Assembly (NCBI GenBank): GCA_951406725.2
Contig: OX597836.1
Location: 7,254,001-7,318,000, forward strand
DNA: 64,000 nt
Reading direction: 5' to 3'
From: Octopus vulgaris
Taxonomy: Eukaryota
The translations under genes and the position numbers were made by a program. The notes under the pieces are model-generated. The model was not told the DNA's origin. It searched no databases and worked only from the letters and a program-made list of their open reading frames with translations. Below, in pieces: positions 39,824 through 53,370 of this stretch (position 1 is its first letter; every line of letters begins with the position of its first letter).

Positions 39824-40180
39824 TACACATACTTGTGCGTAAAAACGTTGTTGCTTTGAATTAAAATGCCTTGTGGTATTTCAATCCATCTCAGTTACCG
39901 CCCTTTACACATTTTTTTATTCATTCTTTTTCTCCAAGGCCAGTATAAAGAAATACCAGCCAGACGAACACGCAATGAGAAAATGTAAGAAGGGTGGGAT
40001 CGCCATAATCAACAACAACAGCAACTCCTCCCATAGAGGTAGTGCTCCAGTATGGCGGCAATCCAATTAGAGAAATCAGTACAAAAGATAAAAAGGAACA
40101 GAATATAATAAAAAATATGTTCATTTTAAGCCCATCCACCCACCTTTGAAAAGAAATATTTTTTTTTTTTAAAAATGAAA

Positions 40181-40325
<145 letters not shown>

Positions 40326-41245
40326 AAAAGAATGTCCGCCGTGTATAAATTCTGATAATTTCGGTAATTTTGCATTTGAATTCATCCGGATTGTGAATGA
40401 GCAGCTACAAAGAATGGAGGAGATTATGTAGCGGAACTAAGCCCGTATGAATGTCACCTTTCCAGTTTTTCTAGTTTGGCTGACGACGATCGACACGGAA
40501 TGTTCAAGGTTGAGTCACTGCGATTAGGGTTACTACTGCTGCTTGAAAAATATGCTAATTCCTGAATCATTTTCTCCAAACTAGTACAGAAACAATTCGA
40601 CAAGGTGCTCAGCTTTACTTTGCTCTCCCTCTCTCTCTTTCTCCCTCTCTCTATCTCTACAACTCACTGCTCTCTTTTCGGCTGCCTCTCTCTTTCCACC
40701 ACATACACACGCGCACACATGCACAGAAAGCCGCACGCTGCTGTTACGCCATCAAAACTACTCCTCGTGAACTGGTCTACCTGTAATCAGACTACAAGCT
40801 GTTCACCTGTGTACAATTGTCTTCCCACATTGTTTGCTTATACCCACATGTTGTTGTGGCATTTGTCATTGATAATATTGTTGTCTATCGGTCTCTTTTG
40901 CCAAACTGCTAAGTTACGGGGATGCAAACACACCAGCATCAGTTGTCAAGCGATGTTGGGAGGGACAAACACTGGCCCAAGGCTATAGTAGAAGACACTT
41001 GCCCAAGGTGCCATGCAGTGGAACTGAACCCAGAACCATGTACTTGGTAAGCAAGGTACTTACCACACGGCCACTCCTGTGCCTATTATATACAGTGAAT
41101 GGTTATGTAGGTCCAGTAGAGTAAAATGGGGAGTGGGGTTTAAAAGGGATCTAGGGGCAAAAAGATGGTTGAGAACCACTGATCTAAGCTGTAACTAGAG
41201 AGAGATATGACTGTTATTTCTAGCAGATTGAGTGACCATATAAGG

Positions 41246-41719
41246 CAGTGGTTCTCCATTAGAGTCCATATAAGATTTTGTTGTTTATGTGCAATAAATC
41301 TGTTGCACTTCTATAAACACAAAATATTTTAACGAGCTTTTTTTAATACAATTCCTAATAGTATTTAATTATGGAAATATAATAGGATATTTTTAACCTT
41401 TTGGCAATCAGATTATCCTGTCAAACGTAATGCTAATGCATTCACATTGTTTTGGATTAACCATGAACGATCTGAAAGCTTTGAGATTTTCAAGATGTAA
41501 ATGTTTATTTTTAAAATGACATTGTAAGGTATGTGTGTTTGGGAGAGGCTGGATCTGGCCAGTTTGAACATAAAACCAGTAGGATATTTGGGCCTGGTAT
41601 GGCCAGTTTAAATGCTAAAGGGTTAATTATTGAACAGCCATAGGGAGGGAGGTCCACTTGAATAAAATAGGGATCAAAGAGGTCCAAAAGAAATTGTTTT
41701 AAATGGTTGAGAACCACTG
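41246..41719. mobile_element. hAT (Charlie-like) MITE interrupted by piggyBac MITE B (41397-41622)
   Basis: CAGTGGTTCTC / GAGAACCACTG termini; the inner element has TTAA at 41393-41396 and 41623-41626. Confidence 0.75.
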
Positions 41720-42403
41720 AGGCAGATAGAAAAGGTTGTTTGTATGAGGGCCAGAAATCACAGAAGTGGTGACAATAGGCAGAAAAAGAGAGAGAGAGAG
41801 AGATGAGATAGTATGGTTGAGTAATAGGCAGAAAGAGAGAGAGAGGGGAGCCGGTATAGCTGAGCCAGAGGTCATAGTGTGTTGGAGAGTGAGTCAATAG
41901 TCGTATACAAATATTGACGGAGCATTGTTAGATGCAACGTCAAACTTAGGCAGGCTGTATAAATATCAAAAGGAAACCTATAGACAATATTATATGTGAA
42001 ATACAAATAGACGTATACAAATATGGAAGGAAAAAGAAGCGAAAAGAGAAAAGACCTGGAAAATACAGCCTTATTGGGTTGTGACATTTTCTCGCTGTCA
42101 AAAACACAAACAGGCAACAAGGAACCAACTATGTGGTTGCTTGGCCTGCCAGAAACAGCAGCCAAATTGCCCCCAAATTACACCTTATTATCTTACAGAA
42201 AGAAGTCATTGTGTCTGAAAGTATATATCTGTCACAATACTGACATACATACACATATACATATATACATATATAAAGAATACATATTAGTCACACATGC
42301 ACTTACACATTGAGGAGAAGAGAGAGTCTCAAAACCATCACTTGATTTGCTAGAAACAGCAGCCAAATCTACCCTCAAGTAACTACCTTCTAAATAGACA
42401 CAC

Positions 42404-42526
<123 letters not shown>

Positions 42527-43137
42527 GGTGTGTGGTTATGAAGCTTGCTTCACAACCAAGTGGTTTCAGGTTCAGTCCCACTGCACAGCATCATGGGAAA
42601 ATGTCTTCTACTATAGCCCCAGACCAACCAAGGCCTAATGAGTGAATTTGGTAGACAAAAACTGTGTAAAAGATCACTGTGTGTGTGTGTGTGTGGGTGT
42701 GGGTGTAACACCACCACCACCACCACTACTCACTGATTGACAACCAGTGTTGGTTTGTTTACATCCCCGCAACCTAGCAGTTCGGCGAAAGCTACTGATA
42801 GAATGGATACTAGACTTTAAAAATTAAATATGAGGTCGATTTTTTCGAATAATACCCTTCAAGGTTGTGCCCCAGCATGACCACAGTCCAATGACTGAAA
42901 CATGTGAAAAATGGAAAGGAAAAAAAAATGAAATGAAATGAAAAGCATTTCTCAGACAATGTAAGGCCCTGATACATGAAGAAAGAAACAAATCCGAACA
43001 GCATTTGGTAACAAGGCTGCTCTTTGACCATGGCTGACCTTGGATTTGGCCAGTTTAAATGCTAAAAGCTTAACTCTTTAGCAAACAGATTACTCTGTCA
43101 AATGTAAGGCATACTTATCTACATTGTTTTAAGTTAA

Positions 43138-43352
43138 CCTTTTGAGACACGCAGTGTTTTGGTACGTGTTGCCAAAAAGACCAAACTTTTTTCTATTAAG
43201 ATACACCTACAGAAAGACAATCTCTGAATAGCCGTTACACTTCAAAACCAACCCCTCACAACATTTGTCCCATCGGGCCAATAGATCGACCTCAAAGTCC
43301 TCTCAGCTTGTATCATGTGGGCCAATCACTCAGCCTGGGTCTCCCAAGAGGA
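43138..43352. mobile_element. Probable third TTAA-specific MITE
   Basis: TTAA on both sides (43134-43137, 43353-43356) at a site that has a single TTAA in the 41397 copy; TIRs imperfect (CCTTTTGAGAC / GTCTCCCAAGAGGA). Confidence 0.6.
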
Positions 43353-43510
43353 TTAACCACGTATCACCTTGTAGTTGTGTTTTCGATGATGTGATTCTTT
43401 CTTTTTAGAATGGCGTTGTAGGGTAAGTGTGAGAAGCTAGATTTGACTGGTTTCAACACAAACCAGAAGGAATATTCAGGCCGGTTATGGCCAGTTTGAA
43501 TGCTAAAGAG

Positions 43511-43949
43511 CAGTGTTCTGTAACCTTTTTTTTTTACTTGCGGTACACATATTCTTTTCAAAATTTGGCAACACACCTGAACTAAAAATGGAACTAAATG
43601 TATAAAGATAAAAATTATATTCAGGTTATACTGCAGCACTGTGGCTTAGTGGTTAGGGTGTCAGCACCATGATCGTAAAATTGTGGTTTCGATTCCTGGA
43701 CCGGGCGACACGTTGTGTTCTTGAGCAAAACACTTCATTTCACGTTGCTCCAGTCCACTCAGCTGGCAAAAATGAGTAACGCTGCGATGGACTGGCGTCC
43801 CGTCCAGCTGGGGAACACATACGCCATAGAAACCGGGAAACCAGGTCCATGAGCCTGGCTAGGCTTTAAAAGGGCGCATTTATTTATTTTTATTTTTATA
43901 CTGCGGCACACCTAGCATCGTCCCGTGGCACACTGGTTGTGGAGCACTG
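43511..43949. mobile_element. hAT-type MITE
   Basis: Perfect 8-bp TSD CTAAAGAG (43503-43510, 43950-43957); TIR CAGTGTTCTGTAACC / GGTTGTGGAGCACTG. Confidence 0.88.
43640..43895 (+). mobile_element. tRNA-headed SINE with CORE-like and V-domain-like blocks
   Basis: TGGCTTAGTGG, GGTTTCGATTCC, GTGTTCTTGAGCAAAACACTT, TGCGATGGACTGGCGTCCCGTCCAG, (ATTT)n tail; 14-bp TSD TTATACTGC(A/G)GCAC at 43626-43639 and 43896-43909. Confidence 0.88.
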
Positions 43950-44614
43950 CTAAAGAGTTAAACGATCTAAGACGAGAGAGGTGAGAAGGGAAAAGCTTTT
44001 ACTTACATATTCTTTAAAAGAAGATAAACCAGTAGACCAAACAACCGTGAAGCATTCAACAGATCATTCCTCTAAACCTCCAGGGTTAACAAAACAAGCA
44101 AAGTCCTTATTTAGAAATTCTTCAGAAGAAATGGTAAATCCTTAAATCCATGAACCGATTTGAGCAACAAGTCAAAATGTTGGAATTTAAGAGAAAAATT
44201 CTTTCTCAAAGTTTGTTTATATAAACAACCACAGGGGTAAGGTGAAAGAAAAAAAAAGAAGTTAGGCTTCCTCTGGTGATTTATGTAAAAATGAAACAAC
44301 ACCGTCCCAGCCAGTATCACAAAACTTGGTGAATATGGAGGAAGGCTGTTTTCATTGACATTTGTATTAGATAACCCACTGTCACACATACACACACATG
44401 CACACGTACACGCAAACACACACACACACGCACACGCACGCACACAATATAGCTGGCTCTTAGATTACAGAATGGCTTTTCATTTTTATGTAATTCATTA
44501 TTTTTTTTTTAATTACAGTAATGAGCTTCTTGGTAAACACCCTCACTGACACCCTCTCAATCCATTCCAAGTTTGACTACTCCTATCTATTTGTTCAGTA
44601 TTATCAGCAAACAT

Positions 44615-44638
44615 TCTCTCTCTATCTCTCTCTCTCTG

Positions 44639-44673
<35 letters not shown>

Positions 44674-44782
44674 CTCTCTCTCTCTCTCTACCTCTATCTG
44701 TCTGTCTGTCTGTCTCTCTGTCTCTCTCTGTCTTTCTCTCTATCTCCCTGCCTACCCTTATCTCTCTCTCTCTCTCTGCCTT

Positions 44783-44823
<41 letters not shown>

Positions 44824-44910
44824 CTCTCTATCCCTTTACCTGTATCCCTCTCTCTCTCCCTCTTTACACACCCCACTCTCTCTGCCTCCCACTCTCTCTC
44901 TCTCTTTTTC
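44615..44910. repeat. Degenerate (CT)n tract
   Basis: Read directly. Confidence 0.95.
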
Positions 44911-46460
44911 ACACACACAAAGATTCTACCCAACCTCTAGATTTTTCTTTCCTCATTCCACTCTGCAAACTTTCTCCCCCCACTTACTATTTACCGATGC
45001 TGAAGCCAAAGTGAAAGAACATCCCTACTTTCCTCGGAACCTCTACCACTTCACCATTGTTACATAACAACAACAACAACAACAACAACTTTCTATTTAT
45101 CATTTTGTTTTCATTGCTTTCTACCACCACCACCACCACCACCCCATTTTTCCAGCGTAAAACAAAAAACAAAAACAAAAAGACAAAACCATTAACAGAC
45201 TGAAATACCTCCTTCAAATGAAACAATGGAATCGGTCTAAATTAAAAGCAACCGAAACAATTGTAATCTATTTTAAGTCACAAACGAACCAAATTAGACA
45301 CTCTCGTTCTCTCCGATGCCTTTTATTGGTGAGAGGAAAAAGAAAAGAAACGAGAAACCCAGTGTCCCCTTCTTTCGTCTTTTGGATGCAACGAAATAAT
45401 GGCAGGTTTTCCCAGTAACACTTTGTCAAATAGATATATACATTCCTGATATTATTGCAATTTGTCTTTATAAAATTATAATTATAACAGGATGCTAATT
45501 AGCATTCGTTAGTTATCAGATATATAAAACATCACCAACAAGTAATTTAATAAACAAACATTTGTCTAATTACTGGAGAGAGACAGACAGACAGATGTAG
45601 ATAAGTATTTAATTGTTACTGTCAAAGTTGGGATGAAAAATACCCACAACGTAACGTGACCTTTATAAGAGATAGATGTGTGTGTGTGTGACTATACACA
45701 TTGACATATGCAAATACATACACCAAGCGTTGGGAAGTGAACAAACTGATAAGAGAATTTGGAATTTGGAAATTTTAAACACGCATACACAAACATACAG
45801 TAATACATACATACATGCATAGCACATATACATACATACACAAGCACAAACATGTGGTAATATGAATAAGCTTCACAAGGTATGTCATCGTACCTTGCGA
45901 GGTTTATGTATGATCAAGGCGGTTGGTTATTCATTAAGAGTGCTCTACAACTAATGAAAAACTAGTTGAGGCTATGATCAATGTCTCTGTGAAATAAATA
46001 AATAAAAGTGAAAGAGCAAGTCTCAAGTATACCTACATATAATAATATATGCATATAATTACCTTACAGTAAATCTTCCAGGACACCTAGATGTTTCAAG
46101 GACTACTTGCTTCTTCAGCCAGTGTTGAAAGAGATAGGTTCTCATGAAACCAAACTATAGATAGCAGTCAACCACCAAGGGGTTGAATATACAGGGATCA
46201 GAATGAAGTAAAGGGGACAAAATGGCACTTTTAGATAATTGTATTAAATAAAAAAAAAAGCTCCAGAGTAGTTCATGAGGATAGATTCTGAGTTACGATA
46301 TTTTTTAAATATCCAGAATTTTTTTATGTGTTAATCAGATACACACATGATCATCACAAGATACATTTTAATTAATCTAAACAAGGCAGACACTCATTAG
46401 TGTTATAACAAAACATACAAAGCCAACATGCATACACACACATGTATACGTGTGTATATA

Positions 46461-46498
<38 letters not shown>

Positions 46499-46608
46499 TA
46501 GATAGATATAGATAGATATACATATATATGTATACACACACACACACACACATATATATGCATATATATGAATATATAGACATATATATGTACACGTACA
46601 CACATATC

Positions 46609-46830
46609 TCGTTGCTATTATGTTAAACAGTTGTATGTCCAAATTTGGCCAAATGCGTTTTATTCAATATTAATTCAAACTATTGTATCTCCAGCTGCTT
46701 CAGATGCCAAGATACCAGAAACTGTCCAAGTGTAGTACAACAGTTTTGCTATGGAATGGTAAAGCTATTTTTTTGTTTCCCCAAAAAACCCAAATTTTGG
46801 ACTTTTGACACTTTTGCATAAAAGCAACGA
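46609..46830. mobile_element. MITE in a TA repeat, superfamily unresolved
   Basis: TIR TCGTTGCTATTATG / CATAAAAGCAACGA (1 mismatch in 14). Confidence 0.65.
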
Positions 46831-46859
46831 TATATATATATATATATATATATTCTTCT

Positions 46860-47232
46860 TTTATTCTTTTATTTGTTTCAGTCATTTGACTGCGGCCATG
46901 CTGGGGCATCACCTTTAGTTGAGCAAATTGACCCCAGCACTTATTCTTTGTAAGCCTAGTACTTATTCTATCGGTCTCTTTTGCCATACTGCTAAGTTAC
47001 AGGGATATAAACACACCAGCATTGGTTGTCAAGCGATGTTGGTGGGGACAAACACAGACACACACACACACACACACACATATATACGACAGGCTTCTTT
47101 CAGTTTCCGTCTACCAAATCCATTCACAAGGCTTTGGTCGCCCCGAGGCTATAGTAGCAGACGCTTGCTGCAGGTGCCACGCAGTGGGACTGAACCTGGA
47201 AGCATGAGGCTGCTAAGCAAGCTACTTACCAC
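46860..47232 (-). mobile_element. SINE family A
   Basis: Matches the 34101 copy; an oppositely oriented head lies at 47617-47780. Confidence 0.88.
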
Positions 47233-48158
47233 ACACACACACACACACACACATGCTTGTACTAGAATTACATTACAGAGACGTACACAATTACACAGAA
47301 AGCAAGAGAAGAAGAGGAAGAGGATGAAAAAGTGATGACTTCAATATGCAACTGTTTAATTTTATGGTTTTCCCCAAATTACTTCCTTAACCCAACATCA
47401 AATAAAACAGACTATCTATGATCTATTAATTCTGACTTATATATTAACAATTTGTAAATTTTAGAACTTCAAAACATTATGACAGTTCACTAAAATAGCA
47501 ACGAATTACTGTGTTCTGTTTTTAACCCTTTTTGTTATCGCATTTCTGTTGAAATTTACTGCATTTGATTTGATTAATTTCGAAGAAAATGAAAAACTTA
47601 GTAAAGCAATTTCAATAGGTGTAGGAGTGGCTGTGTGGTTAGTAGCTTGCTTACGAACCACATAGTTCTGGGTTCAGTCCCACTGCGTGACACCTGGAGC
47701 AAGTGTCTTCTACTATAGCCTCGAGCCAACCAAAGCCTTGTGAGTGGATTTGGTAAATGGAAACTGAAAAGAAGCCCGTTGGAGAATATAAATTACTAGA
47801 AAGCTTTTATTTAGAAAGCTTTAATTCTAACGTTAGCATACTGGACAAAACACTGTCTTTACATTCCAGGTGCAAATTCCGCTGAAGTTGACTTTGTGTT
47901 TTACCTTTATGAGGTTGATAAAATAAGTACCAGTTATACACTGGCATTTCAGACTTTATGCCTATAGCAAAAAGCATCGTTAAGCTGGGGTTTAGAAGAT
48001 GATTTAACGTGCAACTTTGATAGATGTTAATTTAGATCAGTTTAAACCTCTTATCATTTTTCTGTTAAAACATTCTGCTTTCATTTCAATTAATTTAGAA
48101 AATAACAAAGAACTTCAGATAATAACTGTCATAATTAAACTGCTTTTTAGAACATTAA

Positions 48159-48380
48159 CCTTTTTGTTACTGTATTTATTTTGAAATGCTCTCTCTTTCT
48201 TTCGATTCATTTTAAATATAACAAATGACTTAGTAAAATGACTTAGTGATCATTAAACTGGTGTTAGGAACATAAATTGTGACTAAGGTTTGGTGGAAGA
48301 TTTTAATTCAGAACTTTTGAATATAAGACATTTGTACTACAGAGCCAGTGGCAGTTTCAACCAGGTTGGTATCAAAAGGG
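48159..48380. mobile_element. piggyBac-type MITE family A (orientation opposite to 5665)
   Basis: TTAA at 48155-48158 and 48381-48384; body is the reverse complement of 5665-5886. Confidence 0.88.
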
Positions 48381-48479
48381 TTAACTGTTACCATGGCAAC
48401 ATGGAAGTATAATATATTAAGACCTGTGTGGTGATTCCTGTTTCTTGCTAATAACCGTTTCATTTTCAGTAGTTGTTAA

Positions 48480-48684
48480 CCCTTTTGTTACCATATTCCT
48501 GTTGAGATGCTCTGTGTTTCTTTCAATTAATTTTCAGTATAACAAAGAATTTAGTAAAATAACTTAGTCACCATTCAGCTAGTGTTAGGAACATAAATTG
48601 TGACTAAGGTTTGGAGGAAGATTTTCATTCAGAACTAATGAAAACAAGACAGAGGTGGTTTCAACCAGGTTGGTAACGAAAGGG
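48480..48684. mobile_element. piggyBac-type MITE family A with internal deletion
   Basis: TTAA-CCCTTTTGTTACCA ... TGGTAACGAAAGGG-TTAA. Confidence 0.9.
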
Positions 48685-48741
48685 TTAAAAGTAAAGGAAC
48701 AGGAAATCTTAATGGAAATTTTTAATTTACTTTTTACATTC

Positions 48742-49370
48742 TCTTTTACTCTTTTACTTGTTTCAGTCATTTGACTGAGGTCGTGCTGGAGCACCGCCTT
48801 TAGTCGAGCAAATCGCCCCCAGGACTTATTCTTTGTAAGCCTAGCACTTATTCTATCGGTCTCTTTTGCTGAACCGGTAAGTTACGGGGACATAAACACA
48901 CCAGCATCGGTTGTCAAGCGATGTTGGGGGGAAAAACACAGACACAAACACATACACACACATCATCATCATCATCATTGTTTAACGTCCACTTTCCATG
49001 CTAGCATGGGTTGGACGGTTCGACTAGGGTCTGGGAAGCCAGGAGGTTGCACCAGGCTCCAGTCTGATCTGGCAGTGTTTCTACAGCTGGATGCCCTTCC
49101 TAATGCCAACCACTCCCTGAGTGTAGTACGTGCCACCGGCACAGGTGCCAGGCGAGGCTGGCAACGGCCACGAATGTTTGGTGCTTTTTACGTGCCACCG
49201 GCACTTACGTATATATACATATATATATACGACGGGCTTCTTTCAGTTTCCGTCTACCAAATCCACTCACAAGGCTATAGTAGAAGACACTTGCCCAAGG
49301 TGCCACGCAGTGGGATTGAACCCGGAACCATGTGGTTGGTAAGCAAGCTACTTACCACACAGCCACTCCA
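48742..49370 (-). mobile_element. SINE A with a family D element (48961-49205) in its central microsatellite
   Basis: Both SINE halves match the 34101 copy. Confidence 0.85.
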
Positions 49371-49894
49371 GCACCTTAGACCACTTTATGTCCACTTTAA
49401 CTCTTGCGTTAGCATATTTCTGTTAAAATGCTTTTGTTTCAATTAGTTTTCAGAATAACGAAGAAAAAAATAATTTTCTCGTTAATTAAGCCGGTGTTTG
49501 GAACATAAATCAGCAGGAAATTTTGATAGATCTTAATTTAGGTCACCTCAGACAAAAAGTTGGTGTCATAAAATCAGTATATGTCACAGGCAGGTTCGTT
49601 TCAAAAGAGCTGATAATTTATAGTCGTAATTTCTTTGAAAAATATTAAGCTTTCAACAAATATTCCTCTATTTTACTTTTTATTTTTTGGTTTTTTTACA
49701 AATAATCAATTTTGTCTTTCAACCAATTTTTCTGTTCGTTCTTTGACCAATATGTCTTTTGGCCAATTCATTTTGGCTGTTCCAAGACCCATATATACAA
49801 ACACGAACACATGCATATATGCACACACATGTATGCATACGCACATATACATGTACAGTATATGAAACCATGTCTTCATACTATACACTTTTAT

Positions 49895-50400
49895 AAAGTA
49901 AACCATACCCTTATGCAATATACTTTCCCACAGTAAACATTGTCCACACAATATTTTCCACAGTATAAGGCAGCGAGCTGGCAGAAACATTAGGACACCA
50001 AGCAAAATGCTTAGCAGTATTTCGTCTGTCTTTACGTTCTGAGTTCAAATTCCACCGAGGTCAACTTTGCCTTTCATCCTTTCGGGGTCGATAAATTAAG
50101 TACCAGATGCATACTGGGGTCAATCTAATTGATTGTCCCCCTTCCCCAAAATTTCGGGTCTTGTGCCTAGAGTAGAAAAGAATAGTTTCCACAGTAAACC
50201 ATGCCCTTATACATTAGACTTTACCACAGTAAACTTTGTCCACACAATATTTTCCACAGTAAACCATGCCCTTATACAAAATAGTTCACAATAAACTATG
50301 CCCTTACACAATGTATTTTCCACAGTAAACTATGTCCCCACACAATAACATTAGTTTTCCACATTAAACTAAAACCTCACACCCCCACATACTTTCCACA
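49895..50400. repeat. Degenerate TTCCACAGTAAAC minisatellite interrupted by SINE B (49968-50182)
   Basis: Motif recurs about 8 times; the SINE is flanked by ATA(T/G)TTTCCACAGTA. Confidence 0.8.
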
Positions 50401-50420
50401 ACACCAATTTTCCACGTTAG

Positions 50421-50640
50421 CCCGTTGACATTTAAACCAGCCATATCTGGCCCAAATATCCTACCTGTTTTGTTAAAATTAAGTAGGTCCAGCCCCTCAC
50501 ACCTACCCTACAATGTCATTCCAAAAATAAACAATCACACCAACAGAAACTTGAAGCCATGAGATAGCACATGCTTAATTCAAAACAATGGGGAAACAAT
50601 AAGCATTACATTTGGCAGAATAATTCCAATGGGAGGAGGT
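50421..50640. mobile_element. piggyBac MITE B, reversed degenerate copy
   Basis: Reverse-complement similarity to 4698-4918. Confidence 0.7.
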
Positions 50641-51087
50641 TAAACCATACTTTCACACAGACTTTTTCAACTGGTTCCAACCTGTTTCCCACAGCTGGCC
50701 CCTCCACTCTCCCTCGAATACCTATCCGCACAATTTCCAGGCCCTCACCATACTCAACAAGCCACTTCTAATTCCTCTCGTCGTCACTTAATATCTCTGG
50801 CGTCTCTGAACATATCTCCTCACACACTTATGGAACATCCCCTCTGCCCTCTCAGTACTACCCCTTGTTCAATATGGGCATCCTTGCTCTCTCTCACTCA
50901 GACTCTCTCTCTCACTCCAACTGTCTGTCTGTCTCTCTCTCTCTCTCTCTAACCCTCCCATCTTCTTTTCCTACCTTGTCCTGAGGTAGCCAAGTAAGAG
51001 GGTTACCTCTGTCCCTCTACCGTACTCTAATCTCTCGGTTCCACTCCCTCTGTCAGCTGAGAGAACTTTGTCTTGTGAGCTCATGGG

Positions 51088-51530
51088 TGCTGGTGCCATG
51101 TAAGAGGCACCTGTGCTAGTGCCATGTAAAAGATACGCATGCGGGTTCTACGTAAAGGGTACGTGTGAGGGTGTCACGTAAAAGGCACGCATGCTAGTGT
51201 TACATAAAAGGCACATGTGGGGATGTAACGTAAAAGGCACGCATGCTAGTGTCAAGTAAAAGGTACGCATAAGGGTGTCATGCAAAAAGAAAGTCTGCTG
51301 CCATCATGTAAAAGGCACACATAAGGGTGCCATGTAAAAGGCACGCACGAGGGTGTCACATAAAAGTCACGCATGCTGGTGCCATGTAAAAGGCACACAT
51401 GGGGGTGCTATGTAAAAGGCATGCATGCTAGTGTCATGTAAAAGGCACACATGAGGGTGTCATGTAAAAGGATCGCACGAGGGTCACGGAAAATACACAC
51501 AAGCTGGTGCCACGTGAAAGGCATGCATGT
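51088..51530. repeat. 26-bp minisatellite, ~17 copies (GTGTCATGTAAAAGGCAC core)
   Basis: GTAAAAGG-like core at 51100, 51126, 51152, 51178, 51204, 51230, 51256 and onward. Confidence 0.9.
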
Positions 51531-51571
51531 TGGTGGAGAAACACATCATGTACCCTCAAAGCAACATTTTC

Positions 51572-52055
51572 CATGGCTGTGTGGTTAAGAAGCTCACTTT
51601 GCAGCCACATGGCTTTGGGTTCAATCCCAGTGTGCAGTACCTAAGGGAAGGGTCTTCTGCAATAGTTCCAGGCCAACCAATGCCTTGTGAGTGAATCTGG
51701 GAGACAGAAACTGTATGGAAGCCTAATTCATATAAGTAATTTATGGACAACCCTGTATATATGAATATATGTGTGTGTGTGTGTGTGTGTTTGTGTGTGT
51801 GTGCGCGTGTGCGTGTGTCTGTCATACACTCTGCCATAGCTTGACAACAGACATTGGTTTGTTTATGTCCCCTGTAATTTAGCAGTTCAGATGCAAAAAG
51901 TACCGGACTTAACAAAAGAAAAATAAACAAAAACAAAAAGAAATAATATAAGTACCGGGCTCGATTCATTCGACCAAAACCCTAAAACCCTTTAAGGCAG
52001 TGCCTCGCCATGACCACAGCGCAATAACTGAAACAACTAAAGGTTAAAAGATAAA
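51572..52055 (+). mobile_element. SINE family A, older variant
   Basis: Head, core-like block and tail are all recognisable. Confidence 0.8.
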
Positions 52056-52538
52056 AGGTAGCCATAGCTCGGAGGGGAGGTGGTCCACCAGGGGGCAAAG
52101 CATTTATGGGGACAACACATTTGGGGGGTGGCAAGAATGGGGGAATCAACAAATTTAAGGGCCACCTCAGGCAGCATGCAGTCTCTAACTACGACCCTGA
52201 CATTTTCCCTAGTAAACCGCACACACACACGTGCAAGCACTTAAATACACGAGTTTCCCATAATTAGAAGAACTCACACTGAAAAGAACCCCATTTGCTC
52301 CAGTAACCAGAATGTCAGCCAAAAAATTATTAGATTAATTAGAAAATGATTTTGGGGCTGATATTTAGTAAATTAAGCTTAACCCAAACTGCTTACCTCA
52401 TTTCAATGAATTTATTCTTTTGGAAAAAGCAACATAGACTTGAATGAACCTTACCTGGAAAGACAAAAAGAGAGAAACACATATAAAAAGAGAATAAAAA
52501 CATTATTGAAGATATTACATTATAATGAAATAAATCAC

Positions 52539-52605
<67 letters not shown>

Positions 52606-52609
52606 AGAA

Positions 52610-52816
52610 TGCGGCAAGTTTGCACGCCAGGGGAAATGCTTAGTGGTCTTTTGTCCATCTGTACGTTCTGACCTCAAATTCAGTTGCGATTGACTTTGCT
52701 TTTCATCTTTTCAGGGTCAATAAATTAAGTACTAGTGAAATTCTGGGGTTGAAGTAATCGACTAGTCCCCTCCCTGCCCCACCAAAGCTTCGGGCCTTGT
52801 GCCCATAATAGAAAGG

Positions 52817-52820
<4 letters not shown>
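52610..52820 (+). mobile_element. SINE family B flanked by (AAT)n/(ATT)n
   Basis: TTTCATCTTTTCAGGGTCAATAAATTAAGTAC central block; (ATT)n tail. Confidence 0.75.
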
Positions 52821-52860
<40 letters not shown>

Positions 52861-53171
52861 AGCAAAAAACAAAAAAGAGTGCCATTGTTATCAAGTGAAC
52901 GATATTTCAGCTTCTAGTGTGTCTTCCACAGGCTGAATTGTGCCTATAACAAAAAGGATTATTATTATTGTTGTTCTTATTATTATTAAGGCAGCAAGCT
53001 TTTTAGTAGAGTACAGATTGTTTGATGAAGGAGAGCAAACCAAAACTTCAAAGTTACTGTTAAGCTGTTCCGTGGTTATATTATAAGAAATTGGCTTTCC
53101 CAACCACATGGTTCTGAGTTCAGTCCCACTGTGTGTCACCTTGGGCAAGGCAGAAACTGGGAAAAGTTTGT

Positions 53172-53227
<56 letters not shown>

Positions 53228-53370
53228 TGTGCATGTGTGTGTGTGTCTGTCTGTCTGTCTTTGTGCCTGACTACCGGTGTTTATGTATTTATGTTTCCAT
53301 GACTTAGCAGTTTGGCGAAAGAGACCAAGAGAATAAGTACAAGGCTTAAAAACAAAAACAAAAAATAAAA

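Larger units (their letters stand above)
43074..43957. mobile_element. piggyBac MITE B hosting nested insertions
   Basis: TTAA-CTCTTTAGCA ... TGCTAAAGAG-TTAA; body matches 4698-4918 once the inserts are removed. Confidence 0.85.

Noticed and set aside
40475-40510. CTGACGA...GGAATGTT hammerhead-like motif
   Set aside because: No proper stem II or GAAA box; likely chance.
46081-46124. Minus-strand hammerhead-like CTGAAGA...GAAACATC
   Set aside because: Core boxes are present but stems I and II do not pair convincingly; at best a decayed copy.
51088-51530. CRISPR-like appearance (conserved core with variable spacers)
   Set aside because: The period is only 26 bp, the spacers are related to each other, there are no cas genes and the context is eukaryotic.
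52058-52199. GC-rich hAT-like MITE ending CTAACTACGACCCTG
   Set aside because: Left TIR is too degenerate and there is no TSD; plausible but unsupported.
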